From the NCBI RefSeq assembly GCF_009834535.1, contig NC_045696.1:35218001-35282000 (forward strand): DNA of 64,000 nucleotides. The letters are read 5' to 3'. Origin of the DNA: Camelus ferus. Its lineage: Eukaryota. Under the pieces are notes generated by a model that was given only the letters and a program-made list of their open reading frames with translations, made no database searches and was not told the origin of the DNA. A program made the translations under genes and the position numbers. Below are positions 1-12,925 of this stretch, piece by piece; positions within the stretch are counted from its first letter, which is position 1, and every line of letters starts with the position of its first letter.

Positions 1-495
1 TCTTCTGAGGCTGATAAAATATAGAGTGGCATCAGATAGTGACTGAACATCATTATATAAAATTGGAATCCTACACTCAAGAGACCTCTCCCTTGATCAG
101 GTACATATTTATGCCACCTTGCAATACTTACTTTCAAGATAGGACAGAAAGCTTTAGTCGGCCAGATAATTACAGATTACCAGATTGCTTGTGTTTTTGG
201 TAAGTGCATGAGTACGAGTGTAAACATTCATGTGTAAACATGAGAAAGTCAAAGCCCCCTGATTCCGGGGAAGCAGTGCTCGTCACTAATAAGCAAAGTC
301 AAGATCTCCTTCAGCCTCAGTTACTTAATTCAAATGCCAGTGGCTGTGGGTGGCTTAATTCACAGTCAGAGGGAAATAGAAGAAAACAGACTGAGGAGGA
401 TGAACTGGAGAGGGAAAAAAATCAACCACTGTAGAAAAAGGAATAGAGGAAGAGCAACAACCAATACTTACTACATTTAATAATTTTATGGAGAT

Positions 496-875
496 TGTGA
501 TCATCTGACTCCATTTTTTGATAGTTTAAGTCTCACTCTTCCCTCTGGCCGCTGCTGCTCTACCTCGGGGCAAGCTGATAAGAAATCCTGGTGCTTCCTC
601 TTTCGATGATGATGAGAAATTCAAACACACAGGATCCTAACCATGAACCCCTCACCCAATTACCATAAAAACCCTAAATCCAGCATCATCTCTTTGCTCT
701 CTCAAGCAACTTTTGGATCAGCCTGGGGGGCATGCCCTGTTCTCCCTAGAAAACCCCATCATTTAAGTAATGAACCTTTTCATAAACTCTTGGTATGTGT
801 GGAGTACCATCAGGTTTGACATAGAAACCACATTTGTGGGGAGATCCGCTCTAATTTTACACAGTGACTACAACA
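496..875 (+). mobile_element. Solo ERV1-class LTR, MER31-like
   Basis: TG...CA termini (tgtga at 496, caaca ending 875) flanked by gagat (491-495) and gagac (876-880), a 4/5 TSD match. The 3' part (cctttt cataaactcttggtatgtgtgg...gtgactacaaca) resembles the recalled MER31 3' end. Confidence 0.75.
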
Positions 876-1165
876 GAGACAAAACGTATAAGAAAAACAC
901 ATGTGACCAAAAGTAGATGGATATTTTGAATAATTTCAAATTATGGATGATGTCTAAATGAAAAGATCACAGACTTAGCCCTTGCCATCAAATGAGTCAT
1001 TTTCATTTCCTTTTCAAATTTTGTGTAATATTCTTGCCAAGTAGACATCCTGATAAATATTAATACAATACCATGATATTCATCATTTAACAAAACGACA
1101 CATTTCCTTATGCCTCAAAGATTCTACCCTAAGGGACGAAAAAAAAATACCCTGCCATTTCTCTT

Positions 1166-1230
1166 ATATATTAGTTTCCAAAGGCTGCTATAACAAATTA
1201 CTACAAACTTGGTGTTGTAAAACAACAGAA
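1166..1230 (-). mobile_element. MLT1 (MaLR) LTR terminal fragment
   Basis: tatattagtttcc...ggctgctataacaaattactacaaacttggt...aaaacaacagaa is the typical reverse-complement MLT1 end. Confidence 0.7.
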
Positions 1231-1234
1231 CAGG

Positions 1235-3500
1235 ACAATGTGGAGAGGAACAAGGGACAGAGGAACAGAGTGAGATGAGGTGAGGCAGCATAGCAGGTAG
1301 TAATCAGAGAAACAGGACTTTCAAGGCCATAGTAAGATGTTGGGATTTTTTCTGATAGAGAGGGTTTTATGACAATGAGTGACTCGAATATGCTTAAAGT
1401 TTAAAAGACACATGATGCGCTCTGTCATAAATAACTTAAGGAAGGAAAACATGCAAAGAATAAGCTCAGTCAATCTCCTATTGCACTATTCTATGGAGGT
1501 GAGAGAACAGTTCCAGGCAAGAATAGATTGTGACTTGGATATGGTGGTAGTGAGGAAGATGGAGAGAATTAGTTGTATTCTGGAAAATACTACAGGAGGA
1601 CCAGATTAGGAGACAGTCACAAGGATTCAAGAAGCAAATCATATATGTCAAGGTAAGGAACAGAGGATAGTTATTTTAAAACTTTATTGAGAGCCAGCAG
1701 GATTTGCAGTTACATGGTATGTCCAAAACAGCTCTGTATACTCATGTGAAGATGCAGTGGAAAACTCCAATTTGAAATTATAGGATAAAGAAAGGATAAA
1801 AACAAACAGAAAAGATCCCTCAGTAGGAATGAGAATCTAGTGCACTAGAGCTTCGCCTTAGATATAGGCAGATACATTTCATTTTTATAAATGGATAAGA
1901 AGGCAGAAATATGGTTATTGCTGACATTAGGTGGATTGGTGGGATGGTATGAGCTTGAGGAAGTTCTCCTCTGATGATGTCACTTCTCTTAGTAAGGCAG
2001 GAACAGTCATTATTTGAGAATGAGGATAGGAAATACTGTGTTATGTCTTGAGAAAAGAAAAAAGGGAGTAAATTAGTACTCCAGGAAAGTGGAAGACCGA
2101 ATAAATTAGGGAAATGTAGTTTCATTGCCAGATAGTAAGTCCAGTTGATTTTTCTGGTAAGAAACTCAAAGTTAAGGCAATAAAAGTAGCTATTTGTATT
2201 CTCTAGACCTGGACAAAAATATAAGTGTATAACAAGCCATATTTAAGCAAGATTGAGAATACAATCAAGCAAATGAATACTGGAAGAAGTGGTAAATATT
2301 GGAAGATGAGGGCATATTCAGAGAAATGTTAATGATTTACTTGAATATACTTAGGCTGGGTTTTAGTAGAGAAGAAGGGGTATCTTGAAAGTGAAAGAGA
2401 CAGTGAAAATGTTTTGAGATCAATGACTTTTAGTTGCAATGTATTTGAAAATATAATGAGATTTGAGTCTTACAGGAGGTAACCTGTGAAAAATGGTGGG
2501 AGTAGTTATATGATTGGATATATGACATTATGATTCTGGATGGGAACACTATCCAGGAGGTAGAGTTTAATTTTCAGTGCAGATGTGTGTCTCCCAAGAG
2601 GTAGCAACCATGGAAACACAAGTTAACAGAAATGCAACATGGGACCAGCATATGTAGAGAAGTGCCCTGGAGAAGTGCCTAGAGACACAGCAGAATTCAT
2701 ATGAGCAATAAAGAAACATTTGTTGTTATAAGAACATGAACTTTAGAGATTGTTTGTTACTGCACCTAACCTACTCAATGTTGACAGTTATATTCCAATT
2801 AGCAGTTATTGACAATGACAAGGATATGTCCATTACATCTGTGAGACATGAAATAGATTGGAAGACAGTATATTTGGAATAATAGAATTTAAAAAAATTC
2901 AAAAGGCAAAGATTATGACCTGTCCATGGAAATCATTAATAATTAAGAATAATGATGGTTTAAGGAGTGAATATCGTCAAGAAATAATGGAGAGTAAGCT
3001 GAGGGTTGGTAGATGACTGTATAAATGAGAGGTTGTGAGACAGAAAATGTAATGAGATGAGGTTCAAGGTGTTATGATTTTGAGGAGCAGAGAAATGGTC
3101 AATTTGACTCTAGGCCCAAAATTATGAGGACTGTGGAAGATAACAAAGCAACCATCTTTGAGAGAAATGCAGGGAAATTATCATCCACATTTCAGTTAGA
3201 GAAATGGAGTTTAAGAGAACTTTCAGAGAAGATACTGATGTTATGAGGGTTTTTGCTGATAACGGATTATGATTTCCAGAAGACAGAGTAGAAGGGTTTC
3301 AGGCATTTGGTTAGAGGGGGAAATAGGGATAACAGAATAGATCTGTCTACTTATATGTAAGTTAAAATATGGACAATAAGGGGTGATTTGGGAATCTAGG
3401 ATCCCATTTAGTGATTAATATAAACAAGGATAAAAGGCACAAATTACCTAAGTCTTGAATTTAAGGCATATAATGTTGGTGAGAATTTGAGTATTAAGGA
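1235..3500 (-). mobile_element. Long degenerate L2 LINE fragments (purine-rich strand shown), with smaller insertions
   Basis: L2 reverse-strand phrases such as ggccatagtaag, tccaggcaagaatagattgtgacttggat and ggtagtgaggaagatggagag, in a long G/A-rich tract. Boundaries approximate. Confidence 0.55.
2600..2792 (+). mobile_element. MLT1-type LTR 3' fragment within the L2 tract
   Basis: aaacatttgttgttataag...tttagagattgtttgttactgcacctaaccta resembles old MLT1 3' ends. Confidence 0.55.
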
Positions 3501-5419
3501 GTTGGATGGTATTAAAAGTTTAGGAATCTCTTTAATTGCTGCAAATGGAAGTTTTGTGGCTGGGGCAGGGTAGTCTCCCCCCAAGCATGTGGGACTCTCC
3601 TCTCGATCTCTGCAGATGGTTGGTGGGAAAGCACAGTCCTAGGCCTAATGCCTGAAGATCCCACTGGACTCTGTTGATAGAGGCAAGGAAATCTAAAAAG
3701 CTAGATCTATTTCTAGAATGTTCAGACTTCCTATTTTTTTTTTTTGATGGAATGAATAGACAACTGCCATGATATTTTGCAGTACTTCTAATACTCTTCA
3801 TCTTAAAGTCACAAAAACACTTGCAACTTGAGAAAATTACACATCTAAAGAAAGAATTCAGGATTTGGTTCAAAAATCTCCTTTCTCTCCATAATACTTT
3901 ACTGTCTCATGAATTCTACAAAAACAGTCCTAGTGTATCTTCTGGAAGTATATTAATTTCTTATTTAAATATAACAGGACATGGATGTTTATGTCACAGC
4001 TATTATGGAAACTATCAATATGGTGAATATCTGTGCTCTGTTGTGTACAAACAATATGTCCTTCTATCGTTGTGCAAAGCATGACTGTAGAGATGATTTA
4101 CATAAGACATCCTACCTAAACTTGTGGGTTGACATTAACGGTTTGCCTAATAAATACATTGAAAATGCCAATACTGATTTTCAGTGGATGTAAGAATATA
4201 AAGGACTAAACACATTTAGCAGTGGGCCAGATTTCCCCTGGGTGTTATTAACTCAGTAGCTGAAGATATATACAGGCCAGGCACAAGGCAGCAAATCAGT
4301 GTCGTCTTAAGCATTGAAATGAACTCCAAAGGAAAAGCAAGGCAGTAAATTGTGCCGTTACCCCCAGGGTATTCCATATTTATGCAACTACATGTTCAGT
4401 AACTACATCATGTTCACATAAGGAACAGCCCCATGCTTGTGAAATCATGTATGGTAAATTGGTATTTAGGAGCACTAGGAAATATTTTTCCAATCAACAC
4501 TTTCCTCATTCTTCTCAGTTAAAATTTTATCTAAGCTTATAAAAGAAGAGATATTTATTGGAGTTTGTTATTAGAACAAATCAAAAGAACAGACTTTTTT
4601 TTAAATAAGGATGTCAAGATGCTGTAGAGACTCATGAAAATACCACTTGAAACTGATGTTTTTTTCTCACTCCACACATCACTAAGACAATCTTACCAAC
4701 ATCAGCATTATCCTCCAAGGTTTATTATCACTTTAGTAGGTCAGGGTAGGTTTACTGGAATATATGTTAACTGTATCATCCAATTAATATGAAAATCCTT
4801 AGCGAGATGTTTGATAAAAGAATGTCTTACAATCCCTGTATGTGTATATTTCTTTTCCTTGAAATCATTGAAGGGGATTGATCTTGGAAACTTTCTAATT
4901 ATTGTTAGTTTTTGAATTTTCAGTTTTTACAATAAGTTAACAAGTTGGAGAAGAAGAAAAAAGGTAATATAAGATAGTTCCTTGTTAACACATGAGTTAA
5001 CACGTATGTTATGGTGTTAACACATTTAAAGATCATTTGAAATTTGAGTGCCTGCTTATGGCCATCAGAATTATCTCTGGACACTAGACTTCACACACTT
5101 GGAGACAGTGAACATGACAGTTTCACCTGACTGATGGTTTAAATGCTATCAATCCTCAAACAATCTTATGGCCTTAGGTAACAGTAATGGCTTTCCATTC
5201 TGTAAAACCCTTTGCAGACGTTAAGAGCTTGCAGATGAAAAAAAAATTTTTAAGTGAAATGCATGAAAATAAGGAAAATGCTAGAGAGCATATTTTGAAC
5301 CTTCCAGCTCCACATTCACGTTTTCCTGTTTTATATGATAGCTACATATTGCCTCATTTGAGGAGGAGGAACAGTGATCCATTCTTCTCCTTCCTTGATG
5401 AGGACAAGCATTAGCACAC

Positions 5420-5632
5420 AGTGTGCTTCATGGACCAACTACTCCAGAATCACCAGAAACATCTGTTAATTTAGGATGACCATATAATGCATCTTCCAGA
5501 CCAGGACCCTTCTGAGAAACAGAAGGGTTTTATAATTATGCCAGAAGAGTAGGTGAAAGCCAAAAGTACCTTATGTCACCTTAATTAAAATGCAGATTCC
5601 TGGTTTCCAGTTTGGATCTATTGAATCAAGAC
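5420..5632. mobile_element. MER5-type hAT MITE, interrupted by a MER94-like element
   Basis: ggaccaactactccagaatcacc...tgttaa on the left and ttaaaatgcagattcctgg...tattgaatcaag on the right are contiguous in the recalled MER5 consensus. Confidence 0.6.
5472..5583. mobile_element. MER94-like hAT-Blackjack MITE
   Basis: Degenerate terminal inverted repeats taggatgac...gtcacctta; internal catataat...tccagaccaggac and tataattatgcc match the recalled MER94. Confidence 0.65.
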
Positions 5633-6224
5633 AACACTTTGTTTAAATATGCAGAAGTAGATGTTTTCCAGGGAGCTTCTGGAAAAGGAGAGAAAGTCTG
5701 GAGAGAAGACACAATATGAAAAGTGATTTCAAGATTATAGCAAGAAGCTAGGGGTTATAAGGAGATACCCAAATGGTGAAAAACACCTGGCAAACTTTTG
5801 CACAATGTTGAATAATGCCTAATATTGCATTTATGTTATTGCCTTTACTAACCATAGTGTATATCCTCCTCCAATGCATCAAGTATCAGTTAAAAATGTG
5901 TTTCCCCACAATAGTACTTTAAGTAATAAATTTTAGAGAAGTTGTACTTTAAAGAAGGAATAGGGGTAGGGTCTAGAATGAGGGGAAATGGCACAGAAAT
6001 AAAAATAGTTTTTAAAGACAAAATAGGAAGTAGATACTGAGAATGCAAAGGAATCAGGTCATTGACACAATCTGTGCTCAAGAGAAATAGAAGCCTCCTT
6101 AGTATTGTCAACAGTCCTGGAGGGCAGGTGACTTTCTCAAAGTACATGAACTGGAGGCCATTACATTAAAAATCTATTCAAGCCCTAAGGACGTTCATAA
6201 GCAGTCATCTGCAGGACACTGATA

Positions 6225-6420
6225 ATGTGATGAACACAATCATGCAACAAGCTTTACTGTGTATTAGAAAAATACAGTATGGTAGATACCCAGGTGTTGA
6301 ATTTCTCCTTGATGTACAAGAACTAGTTGAGAACTTTGACAAATATTTCCTAAGTGAGACTCCAAAAGGCTATGCCTATTGGACTTCCAGTGCTGCCAGC
6401 AAACATATGAATTCCACTTG
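6225..6420 (-). mobile_element. Ancient L1 (L1ME-like) 3' fragment
   Basis: ggtagatacccag...gaattt and ctccaaaaggctatgcc...gccagcaaacatatga resemble the reverse strand of old L1 ORF2 3' region. This explains the ORF at 6227-6439. Confidence 0.45.
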
Positions 6421-6739
6421 TTTTAGGAGGTTAGCATAAAGTAATGACTTTAGGAAGGTAAATCCACTAATGGTGAGAGAGAGAGAGGCTGGAACAACAG
6501 GAGGCAGTAAAACTAGCTAGTCAGCCCCTGTAGAAATGTGAGTGTATGGAAATAATTCACGGTAGGAGTGTGGGCGGGATTAATACTAGAAATGAAAGAG
6601 CTTTCAGGTAGAGATTGACATGAGCATCTCTCCAAAATTAAAGTAAAATTACAGCACATTAAAGTTAATTGACTATGGATTAAAGGACACAGCAGTAAAA
6701 ACATTATTTTTAACATTCAAATAAACAGTCCCAAAGTTT

Positions 6740-6935
6740 ATTAGGCTTTAGGCAAAACAGCTAATCTCTGGCCTCTGTTTCCTCGTCAGTAATATATCTA
6801 TCTTGTAATAATAAGCTATTTGTGATGATCCCTGCCTTATAGGTCTTATTAATTACATATGTATATCTATATCTTTTATACACATATATATTTAGTAGAG
6901 TATCAGGCTAAATAAATACTGACTGTGTTACGGTT
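6740..6935 (+). mobile_element. MIR SINE (degenerate)
   Basis: ctttaggcaaaacagctaatctctggcctctgtttcctcgtcagtaa is the MIR core. Confidence 0.6.
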
Positions 6936-7371
6936 ACTGTTGTTATAAAATGATAACTATTTCTTGAACACAATAAGAAGTCTGAAGGGTGAATAACAGT
7001 AATTACTGACATTTGTCAACCCCCAATTACGTGCCAAGACCTACCTCAACATCGTAACTATTAACTTTGTAAAGTCTATTTAGGGCACCCGTGACTCCAA
7101 CAGGTCATTTTGGAAATAAGTAAATGCCTTTGGTCATAAAGAAGGTGAAAACACGTGTCTGAAGTCTTCGAAATAACAGCTGTAACACCCGGGACTCCTG
7201 ATAGTGCAGCAGCAGTATTTCCTGAACGGAAAGTACTATGTTGTGCCTGGGAAGCTAAATTGCTCTGTGAAGAGCAAGGTGCTTTTAGTAAGTGAACCCA
7301 AAAGGTAGCTTTTTCCTCGTTCCTCATTCCCTTCTCATTTTGTTCGTTCTTTGTTTTGATTTTGCTTGTTC

Positions 7372-7434
7372 CCTGCTCTCTCTCTCTTCTTTTTCTCTTT
7401 CTTTTTCCTTCTCTCTTTCTCGTTACACACACAC
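7372..7434. repeat. CT-rich polypyrimidine tract followed by short (AC)n
   Basis: Read directly; it accounts for the low-complexity ORFs at 7076-7541. Confidence 0.85.
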
Positions 7435-7935
7435 GTATGCATGGATACCTTATATCTACAGCAAAGTGTTCCACACATAGGAAACCTGGCATTAATCCCA
7501 AGACTGCGCTCTCAAGTCATATGAATGCAGGCGATCTGTAGGCAACTCGTACTGTTTGGTAGGGTTATTCAGAGTTCTGAAATGCAATAATGTTAAGCAG
7601 TAGTTGATCTGCATTGCTCCTATGAGCCAAGGTTTAATATTACATGGTAATTATAATAATAAAATCCTACAGCATTTTAAATTATAGCTTGCCATATGCC
7701 ATTGGAAATAATAAACAGTGGATAATGTTTATTATTTACAAAAAACTCATTGGTCAATGTTTTTAGACCACAAAAAAGCCTGGCACAAAAGCTATTTAAC
7801 TATGATGCAAAATGTAAATGATTTACAACAGTAAGTTAATGCCTTTGGTGACAAATGATACTATCAATGCAACTCATGATAATTACTTTTGTATCTATGA
7901 ATGTATGTAATTTGATATTTATCTGACTCGAATAC

Positions 7936-7955
7936 AAAAAAAAAAAAAAAAAAAA
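7936..7955 (+). repeat. Poly(A) run of about 20 nt
   Basis: Read directly. Confidence 0.9.
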
Positions 7956-9374
7956 GCCTTCCGTAATCTTCAGCTATGGTGGGAAACAAGGCACGTATAC
8001 ACAAATCTGTTGGTTCAAGTTATCTTTTGAAAAAATTAATTCAGATTTTATTGGCCTCAGGCATTATCCAGTTATCTCTCTGTAACTCCAATATGAGCCT
8101 TCCTTTAGAATTTTTAATGAGGCTGCATTATTAAAATGTGGCTTTAAGTTTCTTATCTTTCAGGGTGATGCAATGAAAGGCATTAGTATAACAGATTAAG
8201 CAGGGCATGTCTTGTAAAGGCAAATCGCTAACCTTTCATGTCTACTTCTGCACTCTGTGTGCTACAATGCTCCCCAGATATTAAAAAACAGTGAATCAAA
8301 TAAGGCTGTGCATTGCCAAGAGGAAAGATCAATGGCTCTCGTAACAGATTCCCACTGATAGCCAAAGAACCTCACTCGCTGCATTTTTATACAAGGTTCT
8401 TAAATATCAAAGAGAATTATATCCAAGGGAAAATACTCTAACAAAACTTTAAACAATGTTGACATCTAGGGTTCTCTGTTATACCAATCATGTATAAAAT
8501 TAGTATGCATTGATATCAGTTGCAAAGAATATTTAAATATTTAAGGATTTATTGTACTAATAAATAATGCTAATGTCTTTCTTAGGTGTTACATAGAGTA
8601 CCTTACTACCACTATCAAAAAAAAAAAAAAACTTCTGAAGTCAATGATCGAAAGCTTTTCATCATTCTTTAGGTAGTAAATCACAGAAATGTTATGTTTA
8701 AAGGAATTTGAAAATTTTTTAGTTCAACATTCTGAATTGCTTCATCTTATTTGAATACATTGAAAATGTTCATTTTATTACATTTCATTCCTCTGAGGAC
8801 ATACTACCTTAAATTCTCTAATTCTCCATAGTAAAAGTGAAAAATTTTGTAAGTCTGTTGCATCTAGTACTTTAAAATTAAATATTTTACTTTTATATTT
8901 TAGGTATTAATGATGGCTTTTATAGAATGAATATGTTTTTATTAAGAGCTTGAAATTATGTGATTGTTTCAAAGCCTATTACATCATACCACAATTTTTA
9001 TATGTCTATAAAATCTTTTAATAGTCAATTCAACCACCATTAGGTTTGTGAAGCATAGTGTATTTGCTACATTAAATCAACCTCTAAAAGACATAGGGGG
9101 TCATTTCCCCTCCTTGAATGCTTCTACCTAGTATTTATTACTATTGCCAGCGCATCTGAAGGAAGGGCTCAGTCCCTCAGGGTTTAATTCCGTGAGAGAA
9201 AAGGGAACACTTGACTATGTATACATTAACACTGATTTATATTTATCTAAGTAGTGGCAGAGAATAAACTAGAAAAGAACTATAGGCATAGCTGGGGAAA
9301 TCAGGGGAAGACAGTCCAGAAACACACAAGATTATCTGAAGCTCTAAATTGGTGGGAGTTTGACAATGCCCGGG

Positions 9375-9500
9375 ACACAGAAGTGGAAAACTAGATTCTA
9401 GCATGAGCTTTTACAGGAGGATCTGTGCAATTCTGAAAAAGTTACTTAATTTCTCTGTGCTTGTTTCCCTTATCTAAAAAGTAGCGGTCACTGGACATGA
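9375..9500 (+). mobile_element. MIR SINE
   Basis: ctagattcta...aagttacttaatttctctgtgcttgtttcccttatctaaaaa is the MIR core. Confidence 0.6.
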
Positions 9501-12500
9501 CAAATAGAGTGATTTGATGAATTCTATTATAGCACCCAGTTTGGAGGATGTATTGCAAGAAACATACCCTAAAAAAAGAAAAGTTCAATTTAAATACATT
9601 CTATCTCCCTTTCTCTCTTTTGTAATAAGACAATGTTGTATAATAGTCATTAACATGTTTTCCACTCTGCAATATTGTCCCCCTCATTTTTACTAAAAGG
9701 CTCCCAACACCCTAAAGCAGTTAATTAATGCAGTCCCGAGAGAAACCTGATAGACTGGGTCAAAGTATAATATTTGAAGAAATACTTGCAAAGTAGCTTT
9801 AAAAATGTATTTATTCATTTTTTCTGTATGTATGTATTTTGCATTACAGAATAGATACCAACATCCTGTGTTTGTTTCCAGAGAAAGAAAAAACAGGACA
9901 CTTAGTTGTCAGGGGACTTCTGTCTCACCACATCACCTAGAGAACCCTATATAACTTTTGGGGAATCCAAGCATGCTGAAAACTTTCGTAGAATTTCCCC
10001 TCTGGGACCTGAGAGCAGAGAAGCCTGGCAGAAGTTTCCATATCCCCCAGAAAGGGGAGCAGTTAAGGAATAATTACATTAGTTGCCAAGGGCAAGGAGG
10101 TGGAGGGGCAGCTCCAGTAAGTGTCCTGTGGTTCTTGGGTGAACTGGGAGAGCATCTCGATTCTTCTCATCACACCCTGTGGATGGACATGAGGTTTTTC
10201 CCACCTCATCCTAGGATGGGGGTTAACTGAACTTCCTGTTGGTATAAAAGAGTCTTGTAGTAGGACTTGGGCATTTGGTAAGAAATGTTCTTTAGACTGG
10301 CTACCAGATGAAAATGAAGAAATAACAGCAGATGTCAACACAAGGGGTTAGCTTTCCACAATGGCAAAATAAATCTGTGCATCCTAAGAATACTGATGTA
10401 TGTAGACACTGAATGGACTCTCTTAGTTCCACCCTCCCGTAAGAGGAAGCTACTGTGGAAGTGCTCAGAACTGAGACACCAGCTCAGGGAGGGTGGGGGA
10501 GAAGACAGCTGCATGTTTGGCATGTAATTTACCTGTTCCTATGTCTGGCACATAGTAGGCTCTCAATAAATAGTTCACCTTTATTGGTTAGCAATATTAT
10601 TAATATCACTCAGTGACTAAATACTGAATGTATGTATAACCACCTTATATATTTTGGTTGATCTTGTTTTTAAAACAAAGCTTTGCTGGGATAAATACTA
10701 CATTTACATACAAATACAGATTTTACTGATTTCCAGGCACTGAATATTGGACACAAAAAAATCAAATATAAAATATAGGTACTGTAGAAATATGTTGCTT
10801 CTATGGGTTATATACTTCAAAACACTAAAATAACTGTCACTGAGCCTAAAGTGTTGACGTATACAGCAATGATACTGAAAATGTCACCATAAATTAGTTT
10901 CATGAAATAAGACAAATAATAGGAGGGAATTATTATTTGGGGGGAAAAAGTGCCTCTTAGAGCTTGTAATGATTACCAAGTAAAACCAGAAAAAGTGTTC
11001 AAATAAATTGATTATATTTCAGAATTTCTTTCCTTCCTTCAACACAGAGCAACAGCTCTCCTAGTTATTGATATATGAGATTGCTGATGACAAAATGAAA
11101 ATATGGGCCAGAAAACAGATTTGGGAAACATCGGTCTTTTGCCTTTTTTCAAAATAGAGACATAAGTGAGGTGTCAAGAGTGGGGCTGGCAGTGATGGTG
11201 TAGCATCTGACAGCTCAGACACAGCTTGCTCGTCAGTCTGATGCCGCTAAGCCCGAGATGGCAGGATTCCACCACGTGAGTATGTCTGTAATCTTGACGT
11301 TCAGAAGACTGGTTTTCGCCTTCATGTGATTGGTGCTTGTAATTAACATAATAAAGTATTGGTTGCTACTTAATCTACAACTTCAGGGCCAATACCCAAA
11401 CCCTCATGTCCTCCAATTGTACAGGTTGTATTTGCAATATTTTATCCCTTAGAATGTACTCAATCAGAATACAAAAGTGAATGGATAAGGGAGACTATAC
11501 TTCAGAAGCATTTTTGAGATCTGTCATATTTTCTTATTTGCATGGCAGTGTGCTACGAAATTAAGTTTTGGATTCTAATTTTCTGGCTCACTCAGATGAT
11601 TTGCCCTGGTGATGTCAGCACTTCACGATGCTGATGCCAAGTGTTGTTTATGCCTTCCTGTCCTCTAGGGACTCGTAAATCTATCCTGTATCCGCAAACT
11701 GTCAGAGGAGAAGAAAAGCACTGGTCACTAATCTTGTCATGATCAACATCATTCTCAGCACCCTGGTTTATAGTCTGGCCTGGACTGAAATGAGCTGGTA
11801 ATACAAACGTGTACCTTGGATATCCTTTCTGTCTTTGCCATCTAGTTGATCTTATTTTCTCCTGACATTCTTTAAACCATGGTAGACAGGCGTTACACAA
11901 AGTTGAAAACATTACCTCCACTAAAAAGTTTTGTGTGCATGTGTTGATCAGGCTAGTGAACAATTTATTAAGGCTTTGAGGGGGTAAGCAGTCCCTCCAT
12001 ATGGCTCTTCTTTTTTTTTCCCCTCTGAATTCTTCCACCTACTTAACAGACTGAACATAAAGGGAGAAGCTCTGGCACAAAGTGATAGGAACACCATTAA
12101 TTCCAAAAATTCTCTGCTCGAATGGTCCCATTACATCTACCATTGCCCACCTGAAGGTCCGTGATGGTTTATTTCTTTCAGCAAAGAGTATCACTTGTGT
12201 TGATCTCATATTCAATAATCTTGGGCTGTGACTCCAGGGGAAAAAAGTATCTTTCCCAAACAGTGAATGTTGAGCATCAAGACTTTAAATTATTTTTGGT
12301 CTTTTCATTCTCAGAATGAATAGACACAAATGTTTATTTTTCTCTTTCTTAAAATTTTGTATTAATGTACTTGGCTGTTCTTTTTACCTTCAGATAAAAT
12401 TTATTTGTTCTGAGGGCTAGAGAGAAGAGTTCTTTGTTCATTCAGAGCCCAGGGGCATATCGCCGTCACTTCAACCTGGTTTGGGGCCAGTGGTCAGTTT

Positions 12501-12699
12501 TACTACCTGCACAATATTTTGGTACTTAGAAATTCATTGTTGTGAAATTTGCTCTTTTCAACTTTATTTTGTTCTGATATCAAAAGCTTTACATCTTAGT
12601 TTTATGATAAAAAATATCTAATATTTCGAAATTTTTCAACCTCTGGTTTATGCATAACCACCACAGGAAAAACGGCCTAACAGAATAAACTTCATATGA

Positions 12700-12925
12700 C
12701 TTTATGAAGTCAAACTGACATGAGTTCCAAACCTATCTTTAATTCTTCATAGATATGGGCTTTTAGGCAAGATATTTAAACTCTATGTCCCTCAATTTAT
12801 TCATCTCAAAAAAGAAAGTAATAACAACACTAACCTTGCAAGGTTCTTGTAAGAAACAAAAGCATTATTTATAAAGTATCTAGAATAGTCCCTTATGTAT
12901 GAACAAGGTTCAACATCAATTAACT
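12700..12925 (+). mobile_element. MIR SINE, near full length
   Basis: tttaggcaagatatttaaactctatgtccctcaatttattcatc...gtaataacaacactaaccttgcaaggttcttgtaag...tataaagtatctagaatagt. Confidence 0.75.

Noticed and set aside
7076..7541. Overlapping ORFs on both strands
   Set aside because: They are produced by the stop-free CT-rich low-complexity tract.
11592..12038. 148-aa minus-strand ORF
   Set aside because: Non-ATG start, no recognisable domain, and it crosses T/A runs.
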